A stretch of DNA of 64,000 nt from Promethearchaeota archaeon (lineage in GTDB: Archaea; Asgardarchaeota; Lokiarchaeia; Sigyniarchaeales; SOKP01). Position 1 is the first letter of the stretch. Every line of letters begins with the position of its first letter. Where the stretch lies: positions 64,001-128,000 of the forward strand of contig JAUVNS010000009.1 of NCBI GenBank assembly GCA_030599585.1, written 5' to 3'. The notes beneath the pieces are model-generated. The model was not told the origin of the DNA and searched no databases. It saw nothing but the letters and a program-made list of their open reading frames with translations. Made by a program: the position numbers and the translations under genes. Below, piece by piece: positions 1 to 9,488 of the stretch.

Positions 1-906
1 ATGAAATTGAAACTAAAAGTCGATTCCATCGCATTCCACGAGTTTTCAAATCGGCTAAGAGTGAAAGGAACTATCTTAGAAGGCCCAGAAGATTTTGTTT
101 CGTATGGGACATATCATACGTTTAATATAGAACCAGGGCAAACATTGACAATTGAAAAACCTAAGTGGTTAAAAAGCGAGATTAAACGTCTTAGGAAATC
201 ACCTAGATTTCAAACTGATTTTGTCATGCTAATGGTAGCGATCGAAACAGGGTTGGCAACAATCGCGCTCATTACAAATTATAGTCATAATAGAATAGCT
301 ACAGTAAAAAAAAACATCCCCGGCAAAAGATACGAGCAGTCACATCGAAATAAAGCGTACGAAGAATTCTATAGAGATATTAGTAGCATAATTAAAGAAA
401 AAACAGAACGTGTAGACTTAAAAATCATTATAATATGTGGTCCTGGGAGCACTAAGGATCACTTAAAACAATTTATTAAAGAAAAATCCCATATAACGAG
501 GTTACCGAAAATCGTAAGCATTCAAGCTGGCTCTGGAACTGAAAGCGCTATTCTAGAAACTCTTAAATCAAAAGAACTCAAAATCCTACTAAAAAATGTT
601 AAAATTTTCCTTGAAACTGAGAAAATTGAGGAAATTTTTCAGTTATTCAGTACCAATTCAGATTTAATTGCAATTGGATTCGATGAAATCTCGAACGCTA
701 TTGAAAAAAGGGCAGTAAAAGAACTTTTTTGTGCAGATATTCTTATACGAGGTGCATCAAAGAAACAGAAATTAAGAATAGAACAAATATTAAACGATGT
801 AGAATCTTTAGGGGGAGAAATTCATATTTTAAGCAGCGAACATCCAACAGGGCAACAAATAATTGATTTAGGATCTATCGTCGCTATATTAAGATTTAAA
901 ATTTAA
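1..906 (+). CDS. pelA: Pelota/Dom34 ribosome rescue factor (5'-truncated by window edge)
   Basis: FHEFSNRLRVKG, YHTFNI, IPGKR, CGPG, SSEHPTGQQ..LGSIVAILRF motifs; the usual N-terminus is absent. Confidence 0.95.
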   Translation: MKLKLKVDSIAFHEFSNRLRVKGTILEGPEDFVSYGTYHTFNIEPGQTLTIEKPKWLKSEIKRLRKSPRFQTDFVMLMVAIETGLATIALITNYSHNRIATVKKNIPGKRYEQSHRNKAYEEFYRDISSIIKEKTERVDLKIIIICGPGSTKDHLKQFIKEKSHITRLPKIVSIQAGSGTESAILETLKSKELKILLKNVKIFLETEKIEEIFQLFSTNSDLIAIGFDEISNAIEKRAVKELFCADILIRGASKKQKLRIEQILNDVESLGGEIHILSSEHPTGQQIIDLGSIVAILRFKI

Positions 907-936
907 GAATTGCAAAATTATAACATTTATTCTAAC

Positions 937-1977
937 ATGAATGATAAAATACAATATGTTGATAAAACCTCTAATATCCCTCTAATGGGAGTAGATTTTT
1001 TAGGGATCATTGATAGAGGGACAAATGTAATAGAATTTAAACCAATTACTCTTTGTAACCTCAAATGCAAGTACTGCTTTGTAAATTCTGGTAATTACGA
1101 CACAAACTTCATCGTAGATTCCAACTACTTAATCGAAAAAGTTTTAGATATTGTCAGAATAAAGGGAGCCTACAATCTTGAAATTCACTTTTCGCCTTAT
1201 GGAGAGATATTACTTTACAAAGAACTTGAAAATCTGTTAAAAAAGCTCTCAGATATCAAAGGAATCTCTGTTATATCGACGCAATCTAATGGTTTATTAC
1301 TTTCGAAACCAGTTATTAAAAAATTAAAAAAATCGAACCTCACTCGGATTAACATAAGCCTAAATAGTTTAAAAGAGGAGACGGATTGTTATCTTTGTAA
1401 CTGTACTCAGTATGACGTCGATAAGCTTATTAAAAATATTTATTCGCTGATGAACTCCAACATACAGGTATTGATCGCGCCGGTATGGTTTCCCGGAGAA
1501 AACGACAAGGATATAGAAGAAATTATAGAATTTGTTCTTAACGCGAGGAATGAGGGATATTCAAAGAGTCAATTACAAATAGGTATCCAGAAATATTTGA
1601 TTTACAAGACTGGTAGAACCCTTAAAAAAGTACAATCAAAATCTTGGGGGTATTTTTATTTATATTTATCCAAGTTAGAGAAAAAATTCAAGATTAAATT
1701 AAAACTGGGACCTCACGATTTTGGAATTCATAAACGTAAACGCGTATCAACCTTGAATCTTCAGAAAAATGACTTACTTAAAATAGAAATAGTATCTAGG
1801 GGAAGGTGGGAAAATGAGTGCATTGGCAAAATCAATAATTCTCTTGGAATAAAAGTATTATTGAAAAAGCCACTTGTTTTTTCTGAAGAACTAATTGGAA
1901 AAATTATTGAGGTTAAAGTAATAAAAGCAAACTATAAAGATAATATACTCACTGCCTTATTTCCTCATAAATTGTAA
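937..1977 (+). CDS. Radical SAM protein, archaeal uncharacterised family with C-terminal beta-barrel (TRAM-like)
   Basis: CNLKCKYC (CxxxCxxC); IPLMGVDFLGIIDRGTNVIE N-terminus; ATG at 937 preferred over TTG at 910. Confidence 0.85.
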   Translation: MNDKIQYVDKTSNIPLMGVDFLGIIDRGTNVIEFKPITLCNLKCKYCFVNSGNYDTNFIVDSNYLIEKVLDIVRIKGAYNLEIHFSPYGEILLYKELENLLKKLSDIKGISVISTQSNGLLLSKPVIKKLKKSNLTRINISLNSLKEETDCYLCNCTQYDVDKLIKNIYSLMNSNIQVLIAPVWFPGENDKDIEEIIEFVLNARNEGYSKSQLQIGIQKYLIYKTGRTLKKVQSKSWGYFYLYLSKLEKKFKIKLKLGPHDFGIHKRKRVSTLNLQKNDLLKIEIVSRGRWENECIGKINNSLGIKVLLKKPLVFSEELIGKIIEVKVIKANYKDNILTALFPHKL

Positions 1978-2069
1978 CTTAATAAAAAGACTAAAAATTA
2001 TAATTACGAATTTACATTAGAATAGTATCGCAATAAAACATTAATCAATATTTTTTAAGTTTGATTATA

Positions 2070-2693
2070 ATGACTCCAATTATAACGCATGAAGATGAAC
2101 TTGAACTATCAAGTCTGGAAAAAGAATTAGTATCCCAAATAAAGAAACTAGCAAAGGCTCAGAGCACATTAATTGATTCTCAAAAAAAGTACGCCGATAA
2201 TTTAAAAAAAGCAACACTCACTCGAGAAACACTCAACAGAACATTTAGAGATGTATTGAAACACATGCAGACTCTAGTACGAGAGAAAAGATCAAATATT
2301 AAAGACGAAGAAGTGAAATTATTCCAAGATATTATTCACAAAAACGATGAATACATAGAAGTAAACAACAAGTATATTGATTCGATTAAGGATATTGCCG
2401 TAAAAAAAGACTACTTAGTCGAAAAAAAATACGAATTTGCTTCGGCTTTAAGCGAAGTAGCAAACAAAAGAAGCGTAGTCATCAAAAAAGCATTATCTGT
2501 TGAGAAAAAAAAAAACGATCTAATCGAAGGAGAAAAAATGAAACTTTTAGAGTCTGAATTGAACGATTTGCAAAGAGACTTTGATCGCGCTCGAGATATT
2601 TTAATAAAAAAAATAGACCAATTTTTACAGGTTAAGAACGAAGTAGATGAATTGTGGGTAAATTTAAAAAATAATGTCAACAAAGCTAGCTGA
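2070..2693 (+). CDS. All-helical coiled-coil protein, possible BAR-domain fold
   Basis: ~207 aa, three long amphipathic helices, Lys-rich helix2-3 turn (KKALSVEKKKND..EKMKLLESELNDLQRDFDRAR); fold is an inference. Confidence 0.55.
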   Translation: MTPIITHEDELELSSLEKELVSQIKKLAKAQSTLIDSQKKYADNLKKATLTRETLNRTFRDVLKHMQTLVREKRSNIKDEEVKLFQDIIHKNDEYIEVNNKYIDSIKDIAVKKDYLVEKKYEFASALSEVANKRSVVIKKALSVEKKKNDLIEGEKMKLLESELNDLQRDFDRARDILIKKIDQFLQVKNEVDELWVNLKNNVNKAS

Positions 2694-2823
2694 CTTTAAA
2701 CTTTTTTTATTTTATTTTTATACAATTATCACATATGAACTTAAATTTATTAAATAGTTCAGATATATAATTATTAGAAAAAATACTTGGATAAATCGTT
2801 ATTATTAAATTCGAGAGAATAAA

Positions 2824-3258
2824 ATGGCAGAAGAATTCGCAAATTTCATGCAAGAAACAAAAAAGGCTCCTTTAGAAGAAAAACTAAACGCCTTTGGAGA
2901 CATCGTTGAAAGAATGATGTTTGTAATTTTAAAAATACCCGACTTAGTAGATCAGTCTTTAGCTACTGTAAATCAAAAAATATCCACATTGGAATCACGA
3001 TTCAATACGATTAACAATGAGGTATCATCATTAAGGACCAAAGGCGTTGGGACATCCCCAGTAATCGCTTCACCTACCTCCCCAAGCAGCGCACCACCGC
3101 CTTCTGGAGGCCCGCCTGGAGGTCCACCTGGAGGTCCACCTGGAGGTCCACCACCACCTGGAGGACCCGGAGCCGCTCGTCCAGCAAGTCCGGTGAGCTT
3201 AAGAGGTGCCATAATGGGCGAATTAAAGCAACTTTTTTCTAAGAGAAACCAATCGTGA
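2824..3258 (+). CDS. Coiled-coil + Gly/Pro-rich + C-terminal WH2-like helix protein
   Basis: N-terminal heptads, (GGPP)n/PPPP tract, C-terminal SLRGAIMGELKQLFSKR. Confidence 0.7.
   Translation: MAEEFANFMQETKKAPLEEKLNAFGDIVERMMFVILKIPDLVDQSLATVNQKISTLESRFNTINNEVSSLRTKGVGTSPVIASPTSPSSAPPPSGGPPGGPPGGPPGGPPPPGGPGAARPASPVSLRGAIMGELKQLFSKRNQS
3104..3168 (+). repeat. 12-nt coding tandem repeat (cctggaggtcca-like) encoding GGPP
   Basis: ctggaggcccgc ctggaggtccac ctggaggtccac ctggaggtccaccaccac ctggaggacc. Confidence 0.9.
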
Positions 3259-3559
3259 TAGTTACTTTATGAATTATTTTTGCAAAGTAAATTCGCTCCA
3301 AACCTTCGCGATTGAAGAAATTTTTTCGCTATTATTTACATGCAGTTTAACTTGAGACGATTTATTTTCAGTCGTTCATTATTAAGTATAATCTAAGTGT
3401 TTTTAAAATCAATTAAAATTAAAACTAAAAAAAAAATATATTACCATAAGAAGTATTCTGTTTTGATTTGATTTCTTTGGTGTAAGAATTATCAGTAATG
3501 GTTCAGAAGTTAACAGGGTAAATGTTGCTCACGATTTACAAAGACAAATCCTAGAAATT

Positions 3560-5215
3560 ATGTCCCTCGTGAGGGTTATAAATAATTATTATTATAAAAA
3601 AGCAAAGATAGAAAAAAAACCAAAACCTCTCACACGAAAAGGGTTAAAAGACGAGTTAAAAAATATAGAACGAGATGGAGATTGGCTTCACACCGTTCCG
3701 TTAGCTATAAACTCGTTAAGTGACGATTTAAATATTAAGAAAGATTCCTTCAAATTTCCCGATAGCATAATTTTATTTGAGGCGTGGATGAATTTAGGTT
3801 TTGGAGCCCTTTTTCCTAGATTAGTGCTTCATTACAAATTTCCTGGATTTTTAAAAGGCGAAAAAACGAGGAATGTTTTCCAATTCACATATTCAACTTC
3901 TAGAGGATTCGGATTTCCCATATACTTTGGTCCAGAATTCTATGGGTATATGTTAACGATAGGTAAAATTTTAGAACCTTTGTTTAAATGGAGCCACACT
4001 ATCTGTCACAGAGCAAATCAAGTGATTTATCTTGTTGGAAAAAAATATGAGATAAAAAGACATCACCCTGGAGAATTTGAATCTGTAATTATATCAGAGT
4101 ATAATAACAAAGTGTTTAAAGTAATTGACACACTTTTACACGGATATTATACGCAAGACCCAAAAACACTTGGTGTGTTCTCAAGTTTAGAAAATGCGTT
4201 AGATAATGTTACATTTTCTTATTCTGTAGGAGATCACGCTATGTCTGCTGAAAGAGAAAAATCAAAGAAAACAATTAGCGTATCATTAATTACGCACGAC
4301 ACTATCGTTCGAAAATACAATGTAAATTTTTACGACTATTTAAATGATTTAATAGCAACAGAAAAGTTGATAAAAAGAAAGATCATCCACTTTAAACAGT
4401 TAAGGAAAGAGTTTATTAGTAATCTAAAGAGAATTGATAGAATTAAATTTAGAATCGATCAATCTAAATCATTTTCAATTCCAAGTTTGAAAATTTCTCA
4501 AAAATTTTCTCAAATTCAAGAATGTTCCCTTCATGTTCGACTTATGGAAATAATTATGAAAATGCTATGGACAACCCCCCTTTATACCCATACGATTCAT
4601 AAAACTATCGACGACGAATTCAATCTTCAAAAGCAGAAACGAAATGAATTTATAACTGATTTTAGTAATACATCAATAGATTCAATTTTTTTACTCTTCA
4701 TAAAGAAATTCGAAGAAAGAAACTCGTTTTCTTTCAAAGAAAAGGATGTTATCAATGAATTAGTTAATCTTAAGGATAAAATTGGACCTATGTGGCTTAA
4801 CTTTAAGGAGGAACATTTCAATTTTGCTTTGAAAAAACTAAGCGATCTTTCTACTTTATCGTTGAATGATGTTAGTTATAGGAAGGTTGTAAACGAATAC
4901 ATAGACAACCTTATTCCAATTTTTTCAATTTATGAAATTTTTAATAGAGCTCTTTCAGAATCCGTTTATCCCGAATCAGTTCCTCAAATAAAACGGTTGG
5001 GAGGATATTTTGCTAGTATATTAACCTCAAGGTTTAATCCTTTCGGAGTAAACCTAATGAATCTTTTTAATAAATTAGCGTTTAATAACTGGAGCTATCT
5101 AATAATAAATAGAAAATTAAATCGAAAACAATTTTTCAAATTGATAATGAAACTTCCTATTTGGAAAAATATTCCTAGGACTATTAAAAAGGAAATACTT
5201 AGCTCAGATTTTTAA
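3560..5215 (+). CDS. Hypothetical protein, 551 aa (possible upstream ATC start at 3491)
   Basis: Long ORF, no recognised motif; frame stays open upstream to TGA at 3464. Confidence 0.75.
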   Translation: MSLVRVINNYYYKKAKIEKKPKPLTRKGLKDELKNIERDGDWLHTVPLAINSLSDDLNIKKDSFKFPDSIILFEAWMNLGFGALFPRLVLHYKFPGFLKGEKTRNVFQFTYSTSRGFGFPIYFGPEFYGYMLTIGKILEPLFKWSHTICHRANQVIYLVGKKYEIKRHHPGEFESVIISEYNNKVFKVIDTLLHGYYTQDPKTLGVFSSLENALDNVTFSYSVGDHAMSAEREKSKKTISVSLITHDTIVRKYNVNFYDYLNDLIATEKLIKRKIIHFKQLRKEFISNLKRIDRIKFRIDQSKSFSIPSLKISQKFSQIQECSLHVRLMEIIMKMLWTTPLYTHTIHKTIDDEFNLQKQKRNEFITDFSNTSIDSIFLLFIKKFEERNSFSFKEKDVINELVNLKDKIGPMWLNFKEEHFNFALKKLSDLSTLSLNDVSYRKVVNEYIDNLIPIFSIYEIFNRALSESVYPESVPQIKRLGGYFASILTSRFNPFGVNLMNLFNKLAFNNWSYLIINRKLNRKQFFKLIMKLPIWKNIPRTIKKEILSSDF

Positions 5216-5245
5216 CTGTTCATGTAGGAGCTGATTTTAACGAGG

Positions 5246-5857
5246 TTAGAATTCAAGAAAGCCTGGATCGTCAAAAATATCTTCGATTTTTTTTGCTTTC
5301 TTCATGTCGCTTTCGTCGTGCTCTGTAAATAAAGACTCGTCATCTGTTTTTATTCCTTTCTCTAACTCAAGGGAGTCTAGTTGAAGTAATGCATCCTTTT
5401 CTAATCTATTATATTCTTCCGATCTAATTTTCCATTTATTAACTACATCAAGGTTAATATTATCTTCATCTTCTAAAGCCTCAGCAGCTTTAGCTTTGCA
5501 AATATCCGATAAAATAGAATAAATTAGAACCAATTCCCCCCATTCATTTTTCGGTTTAAGTTTCTCTAAGCGTTTTTCTAATCTCTGAAGTTCTTGATCA
5601 GCGTAATGAATATCGATAAAATCTCCAAAGGCATCAACGGGTTCTGAGATTGAATTAACTAAAACTTCCTTTGTTAAACCACAATGACCACACTTCACTG
5701 TAGCAATTGCGCTTTTCCGAATATTCTTAACCTTGATAGATTTTTCACCGCAATCCATATTAAATGGGATATCCATTTAGTTATTTGGGCATGTGAAAAT
5801 CTTTGGAACTCTCTTAACTCTTTTATATGATTGTTGTTTACGTTTCCTTCTTCCCAT
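5246..5857 (-). CDS. elf1: Transcription elongation factor Elf1 with C-terminal helical/acidic extension; split by a 30-nt intron (exons 5857-5783 and 5752-5246, 193 aa)
   Basis: MGRRKRKQQSYKRVKRVPKIFTCPN^CGEKSIKV...ATVKCGHCGL...EPVDAFGDFID; the ORF track starts inside the insert at 5776. Confidence 0.9.
5753..5782 (-). other. Putative bulge-helix-bulge mRNA intron in elf1
   Basis: AACTAAATGGATATCCCATTTAATATGGAT; in-frame TAA; internal stem TAAATGG/CCATTTA; central helix CCAA/AUGG (3 of 4 pairs); bulges AUA and AUU; exon helix UUUUCAC-A-UGC/GCG-GUGAAAA. Confidence 0.8.
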
Positions 5858-6228
5858 TATTCAAACACTAATTATTGTATATACTATATAAGAAAAACAT
5901 ACCAAAAAAGTTTTGTTACAATAATTTATAGTAATCATAAAAAACATTTTAATTCCCTGAGTTCATAAATTGAGCTTTAATTTGTTTATAGGTCTTATGG
6001 TTTAATGAGTCCTTAATAGGATTAATATTTTTAAAATTCATTTTTCGCCAGTAAACTTATTCTCTATGTTATTATTTAAAAGAAAAAAGAGTTCTAAGAA
6101 TTTTAAAAACAGATTAGAGCCGAGTTTTAGTTTAAATCGAAAATTTTTTTAGGAATGATACTTTACTGTAATTACTCTTTTTCACAGAATTGTCTTAGCA
6201 GTTTAAAAAAAATGAGTGGAATTTAGGT

Positions 6229-7329
6229 ATGGAACATACGAATTTGTCATTAGAATATGATAAGAGCCTGATAGAAAGGGTTCTGGACGATCTAGATATG
6301 AGATACATTATCATGTTTTTGTATATTATCAGAAATGACTTGTTTAAAGACTTAAAGGATCCAAAAATTATAGAGTCTTATGAGAGAGTCATCATTTTAG
6401 ACGAAATATTTAAAAATAACATACTCAACTTTTGGGAAGAAAATTTTATTGAAATAGCTACCGATCTGGGCTTGTTTAAAAATATTCGTAGCATTAGAGA
6501 ATTTAATCATAAAGATGGGGATTTCACAATACGATTAGGAGAAGAGACAATTACAATCGAGAACGACAAAGTATCCGTGCCAGATCATACTCTTTTCTTA
6601 ATGATAAATAAAAAATTTAAGTTTCTTACAAAAAGGAATTATAATTTAGCCTTGATTAAATTAAAAGGAGTAAAATGTCAGAATAGTAATCTGATTCATA
6701 ATTTTATCTCTCAAATGGGAGAAAACGATTTTGCAATATCTGATGACATATACTACATATTAGATCAATTTGGTAATGTTTATCAGGCAATAAAAATTGA
6801 GATCACAATCGAAGGGGTTCACCAGAAATACTTAGATATGAAAGAAAAAATTAACGAGTATATAGATATCTTTGAACCAAAATTGAGGAGTAAATCCGTG
6901 TTAAAAAAAATATTTAAAGCGATTGAGAATGAGAAAGATGTTTTTAAATATCTGAGGGATGAAAAAATTGAACTTCCTGATAAGTTCAACATTGACGAAG
7001 ATTCAGAGAGAAATGAAATTGGCAATGACTGGTATTTAAGAGTGATGGCATTATTGAACACTAGGTTTAAGATGGAACAACTCGACGAGAAAATATTAGA
7101 AACCAAAAAATATTATTCTGGAAAAGATAAAATGTTTAATTATCTTGAATTTATAGAAAAAGTGTCTTTTAACGAAGATAGCATAGTAAATAAAATTCAA
7201 AACATTCTACTTAAACTCAGAGAGGATTTAATAAAAATTAATAAAGAACTTGGAGTATTAACGAAAAAAGAATTAAAATTATTAAATTTAGATTATGAAC
7301 GGTATTTAATTACAAGAAGTGATGATTAA
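6229..7329 (+). CDS. Hypothetical protein, first gene of 8-gene operon
   Basis: 366 aa ORF, helical C-terminal half; 2-nt gap to next gene. Confidence 0.8.
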   Translation: MEHTNLSLEYDKSLIERVLDDLDMRYIIMFLYIIRNDLFKDLKDPKIIESYERVIILDEIFKNNILNFWEENFIEIATDLGLFKNIRSIREFNHKDGDFTIRLGEETITIENDKVSVPDHTLFLMINKKFKFLTKRNYNLALIKLKGVKCQNSNLIHNFISQMGENDFAISDDIYYILDQFGNVYQAIKIEITIEGVHQKYLDMKEKINEYIDIFEPKLRSKSVLKKIFKAIENEKDVFKYLRDEKIELPDKFNIDEDSERNEIGNDWYLRVMALLNTRFKMEQLDEKILETKKYYSGKDKMFNYLEFIEKVSFNEDSIVNKIQNILLKLREDLIKINKELGVLTKKELKLLNLDYERYLITRSDD

Positions 7330-7331
7330 AT

Positions 7332-8288
7332 TTGAAGTGTTCAGCATGTAACATCGAAATGGAACCTTTGGTTTCTGGAATTTACCAATGTCCTCAATGT
7401 AGAAGAATTGTGAAGCAGAAAGACGAAAAAGCTGAAGCTGAAGCTATGAAAGAGGTAGAAAAAGGAGAATTTCTCGAAGGAGAATATTTTCACAATAATC
7501 TAAGTCTAAACAAAAAATACGAAGAGTGCGAACAAGGAATTATTATAAATAAGACCGAATCTCGTTTATTTGCTGTGTTAATCTGTCATAGCGCTTATCT
7601 AAGAGACGAAAAATATGTGAGACTCTCATGGTGGAAAAGTTTTCAGCATGCTGGTATGTTTAAAATCTATGAAAAAGCCGTTCTAAATAATACTATTATC
7701 ACATTAGAAAAATTTAATAAAAATTTTGACGATATTTGGACTTGGGGTGGAAAATACGGAGAAAAAGAACCTAAAACCAAAGATGCAAAAGAGAAAGAAA
7801 AATATTTAGACCTAATTAAATTCAGGATTTTAGAACACCGAACTTGCCCAAAATGTCAAAAAAAAATGTCAAAAAAGAAATCTCATTACGAATGCCAACA
7901 TTGTGGTGAAATAGTTATACTGGAGGGGTATAATCAACCAATTTTTAACATACAATCATCAGAATTGGATTTAGATTTTCAATCCAATTTCCCCATCAAT
8001 TATTACTTGCCAGTAAGCGGTATAACTGTGAAGTGGTTAATGGGAGAGTGGAAAGCACTAGCAGTTATTCACGATAAAGATAATCCTAATAAACAATGGC
8101 TAAGATTTTATTGGTGGATGCGTGACTTAAGCAGTTTATTAAAATACGGAAGGAGAGAAATAGGTGAAGGAATCCAAATGGGCTGGAAAGCCCAAAGAGG
8201 AGTTGCGTCCCCTAACATCTACGATAAAAAACTTATCACGCCTTTAATCAAAGCATTAAAGAGAATAAAACAAGAGTTAGATTGGTGA
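7332..8288 (+). CDS. Duplicated Zn-ribbon + Trp-rich beta module protein
   Basis: CSAC..CPQC and CPKC..CQHC, each followed by a YVRLSWW / WLRFYWW module. Confidence 0.75.
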   Translation: MKCSACNIEMEPLVSGIYQCPQCRRIVKQKDEKAEAEAMKEVEKGEFLEGEYFHNNLSLNKKYEECEQGIIINKTESRLFAVLICHSAYLRDEKYVRLSWWKSFQHAGMFKIYEKAVLNNTIITLEKFNKNFDDIWTWGGKYGEKEPKTKDAKEKEKYLDLIKFRILEHRTCPKCQKKMSKKKSHYECQHCGEIVILEGYNQPIFNIQSSELDLDFQSNFPINYYLPVSGITVKWLMGEWKALAVIHDKDNPNKQWLRFYWWMRDLSSLLKYGRREIGEGIQMGWKAQRGVASPNIYDKKLITPLIKALKRIKQELDW

Positions 8289-8322
8289 AATTGAAAGAAG
8301 ACATACAATTTAGGTGAACAAA

Positions 8323-9462
8323 ATGGAAAGTAATCAAGAGGGCACTTGGCACGAACTTCTTCAAGACTTCGAGAAGGGTTTAGATAAAGCTATGGATGAG
8401 CTCGAAAAACGGGATGTGGAAAACATACCAGGTGCTAAGGAAGCTTTAAAACAGAGGTTAAAGAATATGAGGCTTCATTTTGCTAAAAATAATGGTGAAA
8501 TTTTTTTAAAATCCATTGATGATAAAATTCAAAATGCGTTTTTCCCTAACACAAAAAATTTTTCTGATGCATTTCAAAAAATAATAAAATCTCGTACTCA
8601 CGAACAAGATTTTATCATAAACGAACTGTTAAACGGATTCGTGGCTTCAAAAGCTAAAGCTGTTGCTACGGGAACTCAAGGACCCGTAATTGATAGAATG
8701 GTCGAAGCTTTTAGTAAAAGAAATGATTTTCATATTATTGATCATCAATTTTATGCTATGTTTGGCGACCCTAATAAACCTCGACACTATATTAAAAGTC
8801 AACTTGAAGAGTTGGTTAAATTATTTGGTCTCGTGTCAAAAGAATTAATTATAGAAAAGGATGTTAGAAAAAGCGAAGAAAAAATATTCACTTTTTATAC
8901 TTTTCCGGAAAAGATTATTAAAATACTAGAAGAGAAATATTTAATACTCGACGAAAAATTAGGATATACATATGTTTCTGAAGCATTTGATAGAAATGTA
9001 TTCATATGTATGTTCTTAGCAAATGTGGCCATTAATAGAGATGATTTAGATAAGATTGGTGGATATTATACTTTAAATGGTATCTCGGCCATTTTTGCGT
9101 TAATTCTGCTGTTAAGTTTTTTACCTAAATTATCAATAGATGAAACAAACCCCATCCTTAACGATCCTAATTACGATACAGATACTATGAGTGTTATTCC
9201 TAAATCTTGGATGATGAAACAAGTTTTAGAACCATTGTTCGAACCTTTAATTAAAATCATTGCTTACAGATTAGGGGGTGGTTTATGGTTGTCTAAAATA
9301 ATTGCTTCAGATATTAATAAAAAAATCCATAATCAAATACGTTTTTTGATTAAAGACGTCAATAAATGGGTTCTCGGTCAACTCGTAAGAGTAGAAATAC
9401 CAATCTTCGTAGAAATTTCGAATATTTTCACAGAAATCGTAGTGGGCTACGATGAAAGTTAA
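8323..9462 (+). CDS. Hypothetical protein
   Basis: ORF; AGGTG 6 nt upstream of ATG 8323. Confidence 0.8.
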   Translation: MESNQEGTWHELLQDFEKGLDKAMDELEKRDVENIPGAKEALKQRLKNMRLHFAKNNGEIFLKSIDDKIQNAFFPNTKNFSDAFQKIIKSRTHEQDFIINELLNGFVASKAKAVATGTQGPVIDRMVEAFSKRNDFHIIDHQFYAMFGDPNKPRHYIKSQLEELVKLFGLVSKELIIEKDVRKSEEKIFTFYTFPEKIIKILEEKYLILDEKLGYTYVSEAFDRNVFICMFLANVAINRDDLDKIGGYYTLNGISAIFALILLLSFLPKLSIDETNPILNDPNYDTDTMSVIPKSWMMKQVLEPLFEPLIKIIAYRLGGGLWLSKIIASDINKKIHNQIRFLIKDVNKWVLGQLVRVEIPIFVEISNIFTEIVVGYDES

Positions 9463-9488
9463 TAGCAATGATAAATTGAGTGAGAATT

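Noticed and set aside
937-1977. Radical SAM protein as the activase of the glycyl radical enzyme
   Set aside because: About 27 kb away and lacks the GRE-activase N-terminal DGPG.R / GC..RC.WC pattern
3104-3168. Short repeats as a CRISPR array
   Set aside because: 12-nt coding tandem repeat without spacers; no cas genes in the window
2973-3212. Antisense Gly/Pro-rich ORF
   Set aside because: Mirror of the near-symmetric GGPP repeat on the + strand
5246-5776. ORF-track start at ATG 5776 (MDIPFNMD...)
   Set aside because: It lies inside the insert and would delete the first zinc-binding Cys and the basic N-terminus; reinitiation at TAAATG cannot be fully excluded
5753-5782. elf1 and hydrolase inserts read as pseudogenisation or MITE/IS footprints
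   Set aside because: No target-site duplication, both exons are otherwise intact, and BHB geometry predicts the exact motif-restoring junction in both genes
5860-6228. Short hairpins in the elf1/operon divergent intergenic region as an ncRNA
   Set aside because: Weak AT-rich stems expected by chance; no tRNA or C/D box structure recognisable
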